DNA of 64,000 nucleotides from Schizochytrium sp. TIO01. Its lineage: Eukaryota; Protista; Bigyra: Labyrinthulomycetes. Position 1 is the stretch's first letter; each line of letters opens with the position of its first letter. The stretch spans positions 310,001-374,000 of the forward strand of contig SMSO01000005.1 of NCBI GenBank assembly GCA_004764695.1, given 5' to 3'. Positions 50,272 to 62,150 of this stretch are shown piece after piece. The notes under the pieces were generated by a model. That model saw nothing but the letters and a program-made list of their open reading frames with translations, was not told where the DNA came from and did no database searches. The position numbers and the translations under genes were made by a program.

Positions 50272-50676
50272 GACACCTTGCTCGTGCTGATAGATGAATT
50301 TGGTCAGCTGGAGGTTGACTGTGAGGATGAACGCTGTAAGAAGGTTGTTTTTAAGAGTAAACGAAGTGCTGACCTGGTGACTTGGATTCTAAGGCAAGGT
50401 GATTCATGTAGTAATTAGAATACTAATACTTACTTTGAGCTGTGTTGGACAGACTTGACTATATAACTCATCTCCTTAATCATCAGTTCAGATTACACCA
50501 TGCTTGATTTAAGGGAGTGTGTAAGTACACTTATGGATTAAGGGCTTGCAATAGAACAGAACTAGACCACCATACTTACATGGTTGGAAAGTCAAGAACC
50601 ATGAGGTCTTATTGAGGAATGCCTAGAACTCTAATAATGCCTTGTCCACTGGTTCCTTCGATCGGAGATCTCAGAA
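50272..50676 (+). repeat. Diverged partial copy of the 48-kb hairpin (left arm plus loop, no right arm)
   Basis: Shared blocks GAGGTTGACTGT, GATTCATGTAGTAATTAG and the loop (44/50 identical to 48312-48361 by hand alignment). One 62-bp internal block is inverted. Confidence 0.85.
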
Positions 50677-52972
50677 GGAGGCCAAACCGTTCATCCCTTC
50701 AATGTTTATATTGCAATTTAGCGTGAAGAGATCAGAAAGAGAGAAAGGAGAGGAGAGGTACGAAGGAACATAAGAATAGTCAGGGGAATTATCGTGTAAG
50801 TTTTGTTTCGTTAATGACGTATATTAGGATTTGAATTGAGAATGGTCTATTTGATATAGTCTTGTAGGCACAGAGTTGCACATGCACCTCGCGACTTTAC
50901 TTGAATGCATTGCAACATAGATAACATCAGGTCTTAGCCAACGAAATGAAATCTAATAGATCATGTCAAGGTCGTCGAATTGCATCTCTGTTCAAAGGGT
51001 CTTCTTTAGACCTTCTCGTTGCATCCGATTTAAAGTTTTTGTTGGATTAAGCTGATTAAAATGCAAATGTTTAGCAATGTTGACAGAACATCTTTAGGGC
51101 CGTCATGCTTCGTATGACTTACAGGATTTCAACATTCGCTGAAGAGCGAACAAGCAAACCGTGAGAGTGAAGTTCATGCGTTTATATTATAATATTGTGT
51201 GTTTATGTACCTATGATTTGAGCCAGTCTCGACAAGATATTTAGTTGAGAAAAAATTAGTAAATTAAGATTTTTATTTCAAAATATTAATTGTAAATAAA
51301 AAATTAAGCCTGGCTCATCTCAATCAATATGAAGAAGACCATCTTCAAGTCGTCACTAAATCGGTTGAAACATCGAATTTGAAGTTTATTTATCGAATCC
51401 TTTTAATGGCTTAACAAAATTGAAAAGCGCATCATCTCAGTGTACATCCTCAATGTAATACAAGAATTGCGTTTTCTGTTTTTGCTTTGTTTTTGCAAGG
51501 TGATTGACTGCATTGACTGGTGAAATGAGTACTAGCGATGCAATTTCGCAATAAAAGAAGAAGACGAGGAAGGGGGGAATTTCAAGAATACCTGCATCGA
51601 GAATCTTATCTTACGAGTATATTGCTCTTAACTAGTTCAAAACAAGTTGAGATTTGCGTCTGGCTCTTTTTCGATCTCTAATTTGGTAACAATAAAGCAT
51701 TTTTCGTACTTAGCAGATGCTATGGTGACTTTGCTGAGACAAGAGAAATTACTATCTTTAAACCATGACACAAAATTAAGCGCACTGAAAGGTGTAGTTT
51801 CCATGTAGCAGGGTGGCCTTACCCGTTCTTTTGAACAGGTTGTCCTAAGTCCATATTTTGCTTGCGCATTTTTTGATTGGCTTAACTTAACCTCGCTCGC
51901 GCCTCGATGGCGCAGCTGTCACTTAAATTTACTGCGTGTCTATTCTGTAAAGAACTTTGATTATACCCACTGAATTGCCATTGTCGGCAGCGGGGCAGGC
52001 AGGTAGGTACCTGCAGCGTCAGTATTTTTTTGCCGCACAACTTGATAGCTTAGTTAGATAGATGTGTTGTGTGTTGTTCGTTGTATCGCGGCCGCAATAA
52101 GTATCCGTAGCTCATTCTGCTTTAGGCTAACTCAGGAAGACGAAACCAATTGCAACGGCGGCGCAAGCACTGTCGCAGCAGATGTAGTCACCCACAAAAG
52201 AATCCTACGAATTCCACCGCCTCATGATTTCCATTCATTTGCCTCAACCATGCAGGCACCACATGGAAGAAACCGTTCGTTCTTCGCAACTCTCCCCTCC
52301 AGGCTCCGCGTGCGTTGATCAAAAAACCTACCACCAAAGCACGCATTTGCTTTCCTACCTCTAGCGAGCGAGCGATCTTTCGCCATACCTCTTCCGCACG
52401 CGAACCTTCACGACTTCCTTCCTCCTTCGCACCCACCATCCATCCATCCATCCACCCGCCCATCGCTCAAGACCCAGCGAGCGCCAATATCTTCTCTCTC
52501 TCTCTCTCTCTGCTGAGCTCAAAATCCCAAGCCTCCGGGAAGCTCCTCTGCGTATTATCTGCGCCGTCCACGAAGCCCTCTGCTTCTTCTCCAGCTTCCC
52601 AGCGAACCTACAGCTTCGTCTTAAACCCCGCTGCTACAACCTTCACTACAAGCTATACAGCAAGCTAGCAAGCTAGCAAGCAAGCAAGCAAGCAAGCAAG
52701 CTATAGCTCCTCCTCCAGCACAAGTGCGCCTAATCCTCCCCGCTCGACTCGACCCGCTGAGAATCCAAGCTCGAGGCCAAGCTAAGAAGCCAAGCTCGAG
52801 GCCAAGCTGAGAAGCAAGCTCTCGAGCTACTCGTCCCGCAGCCTCTACGCCTCCGGGAGTCCCGTGGGGGGCCTCTGGAAGCGTCCGGCAGGAGCTGGCG
52901 GCGCGAGCGACCACCCAGAACACAAACAACCAAAGAGACAAACAACTGACTGACTCGAAGCTACAGATTACA

Positions 52973-53162
52973 GTTTGTACTTAAGCATTGGTTCATGGCA
53001 ATTTCTAATTTGCTTTTTATTATTATTAGTTATTAAGTTTGGTTTGATTTGTTGTTAAGTTTGGTTTGGGTTGAGTTGAGTTGATTTGTTGTTAAGTTTG
53101 GTTTGGGTTGAGTTGAGTTGATTTGTTATTTAGTTTGGTTTAGTTTGAGTTGAGTTGGTTTG
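52973..53162. repeat. Left member of a ~190-bp inverted repeat pair
   Basis: TGTACTTAAGCATTGGTTCATGGCAATTTCTAATTTGCTTTTTATTATTATTAGTTATT... is the near-perfect reverse complement of ~58195-58270. The inner ~39 bp (TTGTTATTTAGTTTGGTTTAGTTTGAGTTGAGTTGGTTTG) matches 58080-58119 exactly; the middle is made of variable pentamer modules. Confidence 0.9.
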
Positions 53163-55493
53163 AACTCCTTCGCAGAGTTTCATCCCCGCCTTCACGGGCG
53201 AGTCCGCGTGCGTGACCGGTTAGTTGCATTTCGATGAATAAATAAACGAATGAGCGACTTCGAATGAACAAGTGAATTTGGTTTTGAGCGGACGACTCGA
53301 GTTATAGAGCACGTTTGAACGTTGTCGATGAAGTGATGAAGTGAGTTCCTGAGTGAGTGCGTGAGCGAGTGCGCGCCAGCCAGTTTCGGACGGGTCGCAG
53401 GTGACCGCCAGCTTCCGCCCGGCTTCTTCGGCCTCGCGCGCCGTTTCTTCAACCTCTCCTGCTTCGAGGCCCTCAGCACCTTGCGTCGGCCCCTCCAGAC
53501 GCCCAAAGGGCTGGCGTCGAGGCCGCCTTGGTTCGCACCGCGGGCCGAGGCGGTGCTGTGCTTTCGGGTAAATCAGCGGCAGCCTCGTTCATGGCGATGC
53601 CAAGTAGTTGCGGGCAGGTCGTAGTTGAGTGCACACCCTTTAAATTTAAATTGAAAAAAAAAAAAAGAAAAGAAAGAAGGAAAAAAAAAAGCACGAACGA
53701 AAAATGTGTATATATGTATCTCAATGTATATGTATGAATGAATGAGAAATATTTTGGTTCACAGCGAAGGAAAGAAACTCTGAAAGACCCGCCTTCCTCA
53801 AGCGGTTTTGACCCAGCGCAGCGCTTGCTTCCGCTCGTTTCTTTGCGGGCTTCCGCACGCCTTCTCCAGGCCCTGGCCGCTTTCCTCTCCTCGGTCTCTC
53901 GCCCATCCACACGCAGGCTCCGTCTGCAGCTTGTGCTCGCTTTCGCATCCATTCCACGCATCGTATGCATATTTATCCACATCCATAAATCACACATATT
54001 ATACAAATGAATTACATCTCTATACATATATATATATATACACACATATATACATACATACACATATTCATGTGTATATTATATATATGTGTAGGTGTGT
54101 ACCGTCTGAAAGGGTGGAAAACAAAGCAGGGCTGGGCCAGGAAGGTGCGAACGGGGCGAGCCTTAGGCGATAAAGCAGGCAGGCAGGTATGCAGGCAGGC
54201 AGGCAGGCAGTCGGTCAGGATAGGCCGTCCTCGGGCGTGTGGGTCTGCGGGTGGGGGGGCGGCCTCTGCTCTTCCGGGCCCGAGTTCGCTGCACGCAGGG
54301 CTCCCTTTTCTCTTCTTCGCGCTCCTTCGGTTCGCGCGCCTTCTTCTTCCTTCCTCGATGCGCCGCGTCCCGTTTTAGCGCACGTCTCTTCGCTTTTCTC
54401 CGCCTCTTTTGGTACTACGTATGTGTTTGTTTCTTTCTTTCTTTGCGCCTGGCGGGGCCTAGCGGCTGGCTACCTGGTACGCCTAGAACCTATGCACTTT
54501 CAATAGTGAAAGAACGAAAACTTTCGAAATATTATTTTCCTTCTTCCTTTCAAGACTTTTATTGATTTATTTGTGTTTGTTTGTTTGTTTGACTGACAAG
54601 AAAAAGAAAAAAAAAGAGAAAGGAGGGGGAAAAAGGGAAAAACCTCGGGCGTCCGCCCCACGTGCACTGGGGGCGCGCAACGGCTTTGGATAGAGTTTGC
54701 GCTAGAGGTGCTAGTGCCCTGTGGGTTCCGCAGTGGTTCTTCGGACGCTGGGCGGACGCACTCTGTCTCTCTTGTTTGCATTTGTTTGTTTGTTTGTTTG
54801 TTTTGGTTTTTATTTGATGGGTCATCCATCAATCAATGTCTTTCTGCATCTTTTCCACATTTGGTCGATGGAGATCAATTGAGATGTGATCGACTGAGAT
54901 CGTCCATTGAGGTCGATGATGGAGTGATGCATCCATCGATTGGCTGACAGTCTGCCTGCCTTCAAGTCCTCTCGGCCTGGCGCCAATCTCGCGGCGGACG
55001 GACAGCAGCAGCCTCACTTTCAGGCGCCTGGGACCTGCGAGAGATCCATCTCAGTTCAGGCCTGAGCTTTTGGAAATCGAAGGCCTTCTTTTTGGCCGCC
55101 ATCGAAGGATTTGATGTATGTATATATATAGATTGATCGATTGATTGATAGATTGATCGATAATAAGGCGATCACCATTGGTAACGAGAGCTCACAGGCT
55201 CTCGAATGGAGATACAGAGAGATCGGTTGACCGTCTCAGAGGTTTCTTGAGCAAAGGTCGAGTTCAAAAGCAGCTTTGCAGTGAGTTCTCGCCTCCCTCT
55301 CGAGTTGCAGAGGCGGGAGTTGAACTCTCTCGAAGTACGGTGGCGATGGTCCAAATCGATCCGGGCTTTGATATTGTCAACGTCCATCGACATGACGTCG
55401 TTTCTTTCGGCCCCAAAGGGGAAAGAAAGCAAACCACGTTTCATTTGACTCATTCTGCAATTAACGCGCTGCGACGAATTAGATTTCTATTCA

Positions 55494-55581
55494 AAAACAA
55501 ACAAACAAACAAACAAACAAACAAACAAACAAACAAACAAACAAACAAACAAACAAACAAACAAACAAACAAACAAACAAA
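55494..55581. repeat. (AAAC)n microsatellite
   Basis: Direct reading, about 22 units. Confidence 0.97.
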
Positions 55582-55927
55582 TTAGATTTTCCTATCATAT
55601 TTGAACGAGAGCATTAATGGAGAAGAAGCAAGAACAAGAAAACAGCAAAGTTCGAGAAACGGTTGTAATTCGTAAACGAAGCCACCCTCCCGAATGGCTG
55701 AGGGACGGTATACGCTCGGAATCGCGGAACTCGCGGAGCCCTGAGCGTGAAAAGCCTTTCAATAAAAGCCTTTCAATAAAGTCAACGGCTTCGGCCTTCT
55801 CTGCGGCGGGAACTGCGCGTTTCTGTCTCCTTCGAATCTCGATCATCAAAAATTAAGAATCTATATATTTGTAATTTATTACTTTTTAAATAAAAATTAT
55901 AAAATTATATTTATTTTTAGAATTTAA

Positions 55928-55932
<5 letters not shown>

Positions 55933-55981
<49 letters not shown>
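55933..55981. repeat. (TA)n microsatellite
   Basis: Direct reading. Confidence 0.97.
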
Positions 55982-55983
<2 letters not shown>

Positions 55984-57334
55984 CGCTCTCGGATCCCCAG
56001 CGCGAAGAAGGAAGCGTGCATTTTATATGCAGCAGAGGCTTACACCAAAGCAGCGACTTCGCGCCCGGTACATGCCACCAGGATCTCTGGCAAGCCTCGG
56101 GGCGCTTCCAGGCGCCCAGGCGCTGCCTGGCCGCGACCTCCCGCCATGGATGATGGCGCTTCTCCCCAATCCGGAGCCCTCGCTCTTCAACGCGCCCAAG
56201 ATGCCATGGGACCGCCACAATGTAACTAAGAGCGCACCTGTGTGAGCATAAACGTCAATCATAATAAAGAGCACGAGCTTCTTCAATCAAACGAGTTCCC
56301 TCAAATCCGCTGTTGAAACCAAATCAAACCTTATCAAATCAAATCAAATCAAATCAAATCAAATCAAATCAAATCAAATCATATTCTATCTTCAAAGGTC
56401 TCCTCCAGAGTTCTGGAGCCGCGCGATGGGTTCGTTCGCGCAGGAGAGCGCCCAAGTCGCTCTTCAACGGGACCAGGCACGCTAAGCTTTGTAGCGAATC
56501 TGTTTGGCTCCAGTGCGATTGCTTCGTATGGTCTCAATCTCGAATTCAATTCGAGCACCGCGATTCGATTCCGCAGGAATTACAGAGTCGCATTGCATCG
56601 CATTATCGCATTATCGCATTGCATCGCTGTGTCTGTGTGTCTCTGCATGTCTACGCATGTGTACGTCTGCAGGCCCTCGTCGTCCTGGGAACTCGAGGGA
56701 TGGAGCCTGAGGACGCTGCGGAATTTAGCCACGACTTCGACCTTTGGCGGCCTCGGTCGCTCTGGGCCGAGAAGGAGGCTGCTCTGCTGCGGCGAGGCTC
56801 TCGAGATTTCTAGTTGGCAACCACTGCTTCGAAAGTGGTGTGAGTGGATGAAGAGGTTTATTGTTGTTATTGCTGTCGCTGTCGTTGTTGCCGTCGTTGT
56901 TGCTGTTGTTGTCGATTGTTCTCTTAGCTTTCTTTTCACAATTATGTATATATGAATGTATATTTATTGCGCCAAAGCAGAACCAGCCAGCCGCGAAGAG
57001 AACGCTACTAACGCAGGCCCGTCTGGAAATGCGGCAGACTGAAATGAATGAAGCGCTTTGGCATGAATTCGAGGGCGCCGTGCGGTTTGGAATTCATCTC
57101 ATTCGCAGAGTTGTGCTGCGGAAAAGGGAGGACTCCCTCAAAAAAGCAAAAGCAAAAGCAAAACAAAACAAAATAGAACGAAACAAAATAAAACAAAACA
57201 AAAAAAGCAGGAAAGGGTGAAGGATTGAACTCAATCGACCAATATGACTTCGTCGAAATCCCCGCAACGATTGCCGCCAGAAAATTCATTTGCAGCTCAT
57301 TCGCCCGAAGCGATGAGCCAAAACCTTACAATGC

Positions 57335-57408
<74 letters not shown>
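57335..57408. repeat. (AATC)n microsatellite
   Basis: Direct reading. Confidence 0.97.
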
Positions 57409-58079
57409 GGATCAAAAACCCAATCAATGGATTTCAGATTGTCCAGCGAGCGTCCTTAAACCTGTAGGATTCCGAGTCCTAATTTGCCGTCCCTTGCATC
57501 GTGGCCCCGCCAGCCCCTCTTCAGGACCTCATTCCCGCTTTACTTTTTAATTTAAAAATAAAATAAAAATATATATATATACCAAGCAAAACATCGTAAC
57601 TATAATTATTAATTTAATTTGTAAATTCAGTCAACAGAAAAGTTCTCTTCCTTCCGTTTCAAATATAATAGTAAGCCAATAAGTTGAACTCACTTGGTTA
57701 TAGTTAAACGAGCCGGGCGTCCTGAATGATGGGTGTTGTTGCGGCCGCGCTGTCCTCTGGCAGGAATTAAGTGAGGGCGACCAAATCGTCGAAGCAGCTT
57801 CGCCAAGGACTGGACTGGACAAGGTCTGCCTCAGGAGCAGCTGCAGATGTTGAAAACATCTTCTGGATTCTGCGTTCGTCCATCGGTGGCGATTATTGCA
57901 AGCGGAGCAGGTTTGTGGATGATGCACACCTGTGAGTGAAGCAGGGTCCGCTTCACTCGAAACGATCTATGGATTGAAGAATTCAACATTCGAAGAGTCG
58001 AAACTAAAACTTGTGAAAGTTTCGAAACTCTTGAAAGTCTACCTTCTCAAGAAGTCGGCGGGAAAAACCCAAACTAATC

Positions 58080-58272
58080 CAAACCAACTCAACTCAAACT
58101 AAACCAAACTAAATAACAACGAAAATCAAACCAAACTAAACCAAAGTTAACAACAAATCAAATCAAATCAACCTAAATCAAACCAAATCAAACCAAATCA
58201 AACCAAACCTAATAACTAATAATAATAAAAAGCAAATTAAAAATTGCCATGAACCAATGATTAAGTACAGAC
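58080..58272. repeat. Right member of the ~190-bp inverted repeat pair
   Basis: Reverse complement of 52973-53162 with a few substitutions and a different number of internal AAATC/AAACC/AACTC modules. Confidence 0.9.
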
Positions 58273-59266
58273 AACAAAAGCAAAAGTATCCCGTCATACT
58301 AAAACCATCGTCCCGGAGTACCTTTTCAGAAATAAATAAATGAAAATCACAAACCAACAAACAAATCAATTGCACAAACTAAACATCAACCTTCAAGAAT
58401 GAAGAATCTCACATTCCCTTTTCGCAACACCAATAAGAAACAAGAATCATCATCATCAGCAGCAGCAAGGGTAAAGCAACCAAATCCTGGCAAGAACCCT
58501 CAATGGCGGGGTAAATTCCTGCTCCCTCGGGGCCGGCCCTCCTTCCCATCATACATCACACAAACACATACATACACCACATACTCGTGGCCCTGCATGC
58601 ACGGACGCCCAAAGCCGCAGTCGGGATGCCTTTCCTCCTTCCTTTGCGGCTCTTCGTCGCCTTTCGAATTCCTTCGTTTCATTCATTCCTTCGTTTCATT
58701 CATTCATTCATTCATTCTTCATTCACACACCAGCCATTTTATTTTATTTATTTTTAATTTCGCCCTTTCTTCCTCTTCGTTTCGCCAGGACGCCCCGCCG
58801 CAGTCCCGCCGGCCCTAGCGCCCCTTAGCGCAAACATTAACTGCGTCAGCGCGGGTCTCGGCGGACGCCTGCGCCCCGCGTCCCGTACTTGCGTGCCCCC
58901 TCCTGGGAAACTGAGAGGAAAAGAGAAAGAAAAAGAAAGAAAGAAAGAAAGAAAGAAAGAATTCAGAGGAAGAGAGGACGCGCGTTTTTCTAATTCTTGA
59001 TTATGTTCTTCTTCTTTGGTTGATCTATCTCCGCATCGCAGGACAGTCCAGTCTCGCTCGCCTTTCTTGCCTTTTTGCCTTCTTGCATGCGTGCGAAGGC
59101 CCAGGCATCTAGATATCTGTCTGCCTCCTTCAGAGCTGGCTGAAGCGAAGCCAGATGACTGATTGACTACTACTTCTTCCGCTGGTTTTTGAAGAAGTAC
59201 GTCGCCTCTTCCCTCCTTTCTTCCTTCCTTTTCAAGTCATCGGTTCTCTCGAAGTTTGAAAATAGA

Positions 59267-59399
59267 AAACAAACAAACAAACAAACAAACAAACAAACAA
59301 ACAAACAAACAAACAAACAAACAAACAAACAAACAAACAAACAAACAAACAAACAAACAAACATACATACAAACATACATACATACATAGGAAGAAGGA

Positions 59400-59431
<32 letters not shown>

Positions 59432-59478
59432 CGCAGATTGGGTACATACATACATACATACATACAACATACATACAT
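59267..59478. repeat. Compound microsatellite (AAAC)n-(ATAC)n-(AAAG)n-(ATAC)n
   Basis: Direct reading; it explains several spurious ORFs at 59170-59647. Confidence 0.95.
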
Positions 59479-60164
59479 AATAGTGATTTGAATTTGGAAA
59501 AGCAGAAGAACTTCGGAAGCAAATCCCTAACTCGAAGTTGGCCGAGGATGCTCCGCCCGAGGGTCGCCAGGCCTCGCGGACGGTACTCCAACTACTCAAC
59601 TCGCGGCGTGCCTCTCTCTCTCTCTCTCGCTCTGACGCGGGGTCCACTCTTAGTCTGCAGCAGCAGCAGCAGGAGCAGCAGCAGCAGCAGCAGCAAACCC
59701 GTATCGCTCGGGGTCGTGTGCGGCCGCTTGGATTAGGCCCAACATGGACACTGGCCTCTTAAGCTCTGTGGAATGACAGCGCCGCTGGCCACGGCAGGGA
59801 CTTCAGCAGGGAGCTGATTCTTGGCAGGGACAGGCAGGCATAAGCTAGAGCTAGAGCTTGAGAGCCTTCCTGAGCGCGCTTTGGTTTTGATTCAAGTTTC
59901 AAATCTTGAATTTGAATTCGCCGTTGAGTCTCTCCACATTGCTTTTTTTTTCTTTTTCTTTCTTTCTTTCTTTCTTTCTTCTATTTTAGTTTTATATGTT
60001 GATGCTCTATAAGATACAACGTATACTATATAATAGAGGAGGCCTACAGACGCGAATAGGGAGACAGAGAGAGACGAGACAATCTTGTGTCTGGCGAGAC
60101 GGAGCAGCGAGCAGTAACTGATTGCTGGTGGGACGCCGGCCTGCCTCGGCCCACCATATGCTCG

Positions 60165-61169
60165 ATGGGCAGCACCCAACCTGCTGCTGCAGCACTGCGA
60201 TTCGTTTTGGCGCTTGTTGCACTGATTTCAGCGGCGTCGGGCGCCCCTGAAGATCTTCATAACGAGGGGAACGGCGGCGGGGCTGACGGTGAGCCGTCTC
60301 TTCTCTACTCCCTCCAAGTTGAGGGGCTGAGCGGGAGCGGTGCTGGTGCCGTCGAGGTTCGCGCGGGCAATGACCCAGTGCGAGTAGCTGCTGTCTTTTG
60401 CAACCGTTGGGGTATTGGGGATCACGGATGCGCCGAGATCACACGGCACCTGTGCGCGGAGACAGAGCTGCTCTGTCGGAGTCTTGACAGCCTCGCACCC
60501 CATGGGAAATCTCCTTCCGCGGGGCCATCTTCTCGTAGCTTGGTGGCAGCGGACACTGCTGTAGCTCGAACACTGGTCTCTTGGACAACAACAAGCTTGG
60601 AGCTCGCTGGGCCTGGGTCTCCAGTTTCATGTGCGCTTGAGCTGCTGGTATATGAGGGGGATGTAGAGAAGGACCAAGCATTGGCAACACCTATGAGTTA
60701 CATCGAATCTCTCATTAGCCTGCATTGCACGAACCTTGCAAGGTATCGACCTGCTTGCGTGTGTTCTGCCAACGTTCGTGAAGGTTTGTTGCGCGCCTTG
60801 GCGGGCGAGATCGACAAGTATCGATGGTCTACCGAGAGCAGTCACTATGTGCGGCTTGCAATAAACCCTCGAGCTGACGCCAGCGAGATCCGCCGTGCAT
60901 ACCGGCGTGTCTCTATGCTGGTACACCCAGATAGACACCCCGCTGGAGAAGCGCGAGAGATGGCACAGAAAAAGACAATGTTTGTGAACGAAGCTTATGA
61001 AGTTCTCACTGACGCGGAGTCTCGGCGCAGTTATGATGTGGAGCGCTTCGGTTCACAGTTTGTGATAAATACACAACTTCCTCAGTTTCAGGCTGAGGTC
61101 ATGTCAGTGTTTGGGCGCTTTGCAGGCGTTTCTGTAGACCATCATGGTAATCTCAAGATTGTCTTGTAG
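60165..61169 (+). CDS. J-domain (DnaJ class C) protein with N-terminal signal peptide and C-terminal J domain (~334 aa)
   Basis: First ATG in ORF 60087..61169 is at 60165, followed by a hydrophobic leader (LRFVLALVALISAASG|AP). J domain at ~60843-61037: HYVRLAI...A..SEIRRAYRRVSMLVHPDRH...VNEAYEVLTD.ESRRSYD, with an intact HPD motif. Confidence 0.88.
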   Translation: MGSTQPAAAALRFVLALVALISAASGAPEDLHNEGNGGGADGEPSLLYSLQVEGLSGSGAGAVEVRAGNDPVRVAAVFCNRWGIGDHGCAEITRHLCAETELLCRSLDSLAPHGKSPSAGPSSRSLVAADTAVARTLVSWTTTSLELAGPGSPVSCALELLVYEGDVEKDQALATPMSYIESLISLHCTNLARYRPACVCSANVREGLLRALAGEIDKYRWSTESSHYVRLAINPRADASEIRRAYRRVSMLVHPDRHPAGEAREMAQKKTMFVNEAYEVLTDAESRRSYDVERFGSQFVINTQLPQFQAEVMSVFGRFAGVSVDHHGNLKIVL

Positions 61170-62150
61170 ATTCTCTTTCTCTGTGTGTGTTAATGTTCTC
61201 TTGTAAAGGTCCCCGCCATCAGGAATAATCACTTCACCTCTTTGATACGCTGCGTCAACCAAATTTGTTGTAATTTCGGATGTTTCTGATAGGCATTTGT
61301 CTTTTTTTGAGACACCAGGTGGTCGCATTTGTAATAGCTTCTAGAGGGAATCAACCATGCCAGCTAGTCAGCCCCAGCAGGACCAAATAAGTGAGTGAGT
61401 TTGTGATCAAGATTTAAGTAAAACTAGTTGAAACAAAAAGCCCAAGTCAACCAACCAGCAAGCAGCTGTTTGTGATAATGAATGAATGAATAAATAAATA
61501 CTACATGCCAAGCCAACTCGCGTGCGAGTAGCCCAGTGTCCACCCGCACTACTACTACCACTAAATATTTCCGTTTATATTGTCCTGGACCACCCCCGAC
61601 AGTCCTCAAGGTTAACAAGATCAATCGACTCAAGTACTCATCCATCGTGAACAGTGAAATTATAAACGGAGTCTTAAACAAAGCAGCAGCTGCATAGTAT
61701 TATAGAAATCCATTAATAACAAGAACAAAAGAAAACATGTACACTGGGGGAGGAGCAGGAGGAGGGGAGAAACAGGAACAGCAGCGCAAAATAAGAGATA
61801 GGATGGACGATGACAAATGAGGGAGGGACAAGTACGAGAGAGAGGAGAGGATAGTAAAGAAGAGAGAAAAAAAATGAATAACATACAACGAGTGCAAAAG
61901 CAGAGAGCATCATCATCATCAACCTCACATCGTCCACCGAGCGAGCAAACCACCAGCCCAGTAGGTAGCAAGCCAACTGGCGAGGATGCGGCGGCAAGAC
62001 AGCGAAGAAGAAAGGGAAGGTTCAGTCAGTATCAATCCGTATAATTGGAGGTTTGGTTGGTTTGGATAAATGAGACCTGGGTGTCGTCGCCGACTTGGAC
62101 ATTATATTATCGACGACTTCGTCAGAGTAACTCACAAGGTCGAAGACATC

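Noticed and set aside
50212-50418. 68-aa ORF vaguely RRM-like within the hairpin sister copy
   Set aside because: Non-ATG start; the homologous frame in both hairpin arms has stops, and the substitutions show no third-position bias.
53040-53162. Repeat-spacer-like pattern (CRISPR-like?) in the GTTTG/GTTGA modules; also 6131-6231
   Set aside because: These are tandem low-complexity modules without unique spacers, with no cas genes, in a eukaryotic context.
55178-57467. ORFs inside the inverted-repeat-bounded segment as a possible transposase
   Set aside because: All are short or microsatellite-derived; no DDE, zinc-finger or reverse-transcriptase motifs recognised.
59170-59762. ORFs with CLFV/TNKQ/poly-Q or poly-S repeats
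   Set aside because: They are translations of (AAAC)n, (ATAC)n and (CAG)n microsatellites.
60087-60164. N-terminal extension of the J-protein from the GTG at 60087 (and the GTG at 13926 for transporter 2)
   Set aside because: Eukaryotic context. The first ATG (60165; 13935) gives a proper signal peptide or paralogue-like N terminus.
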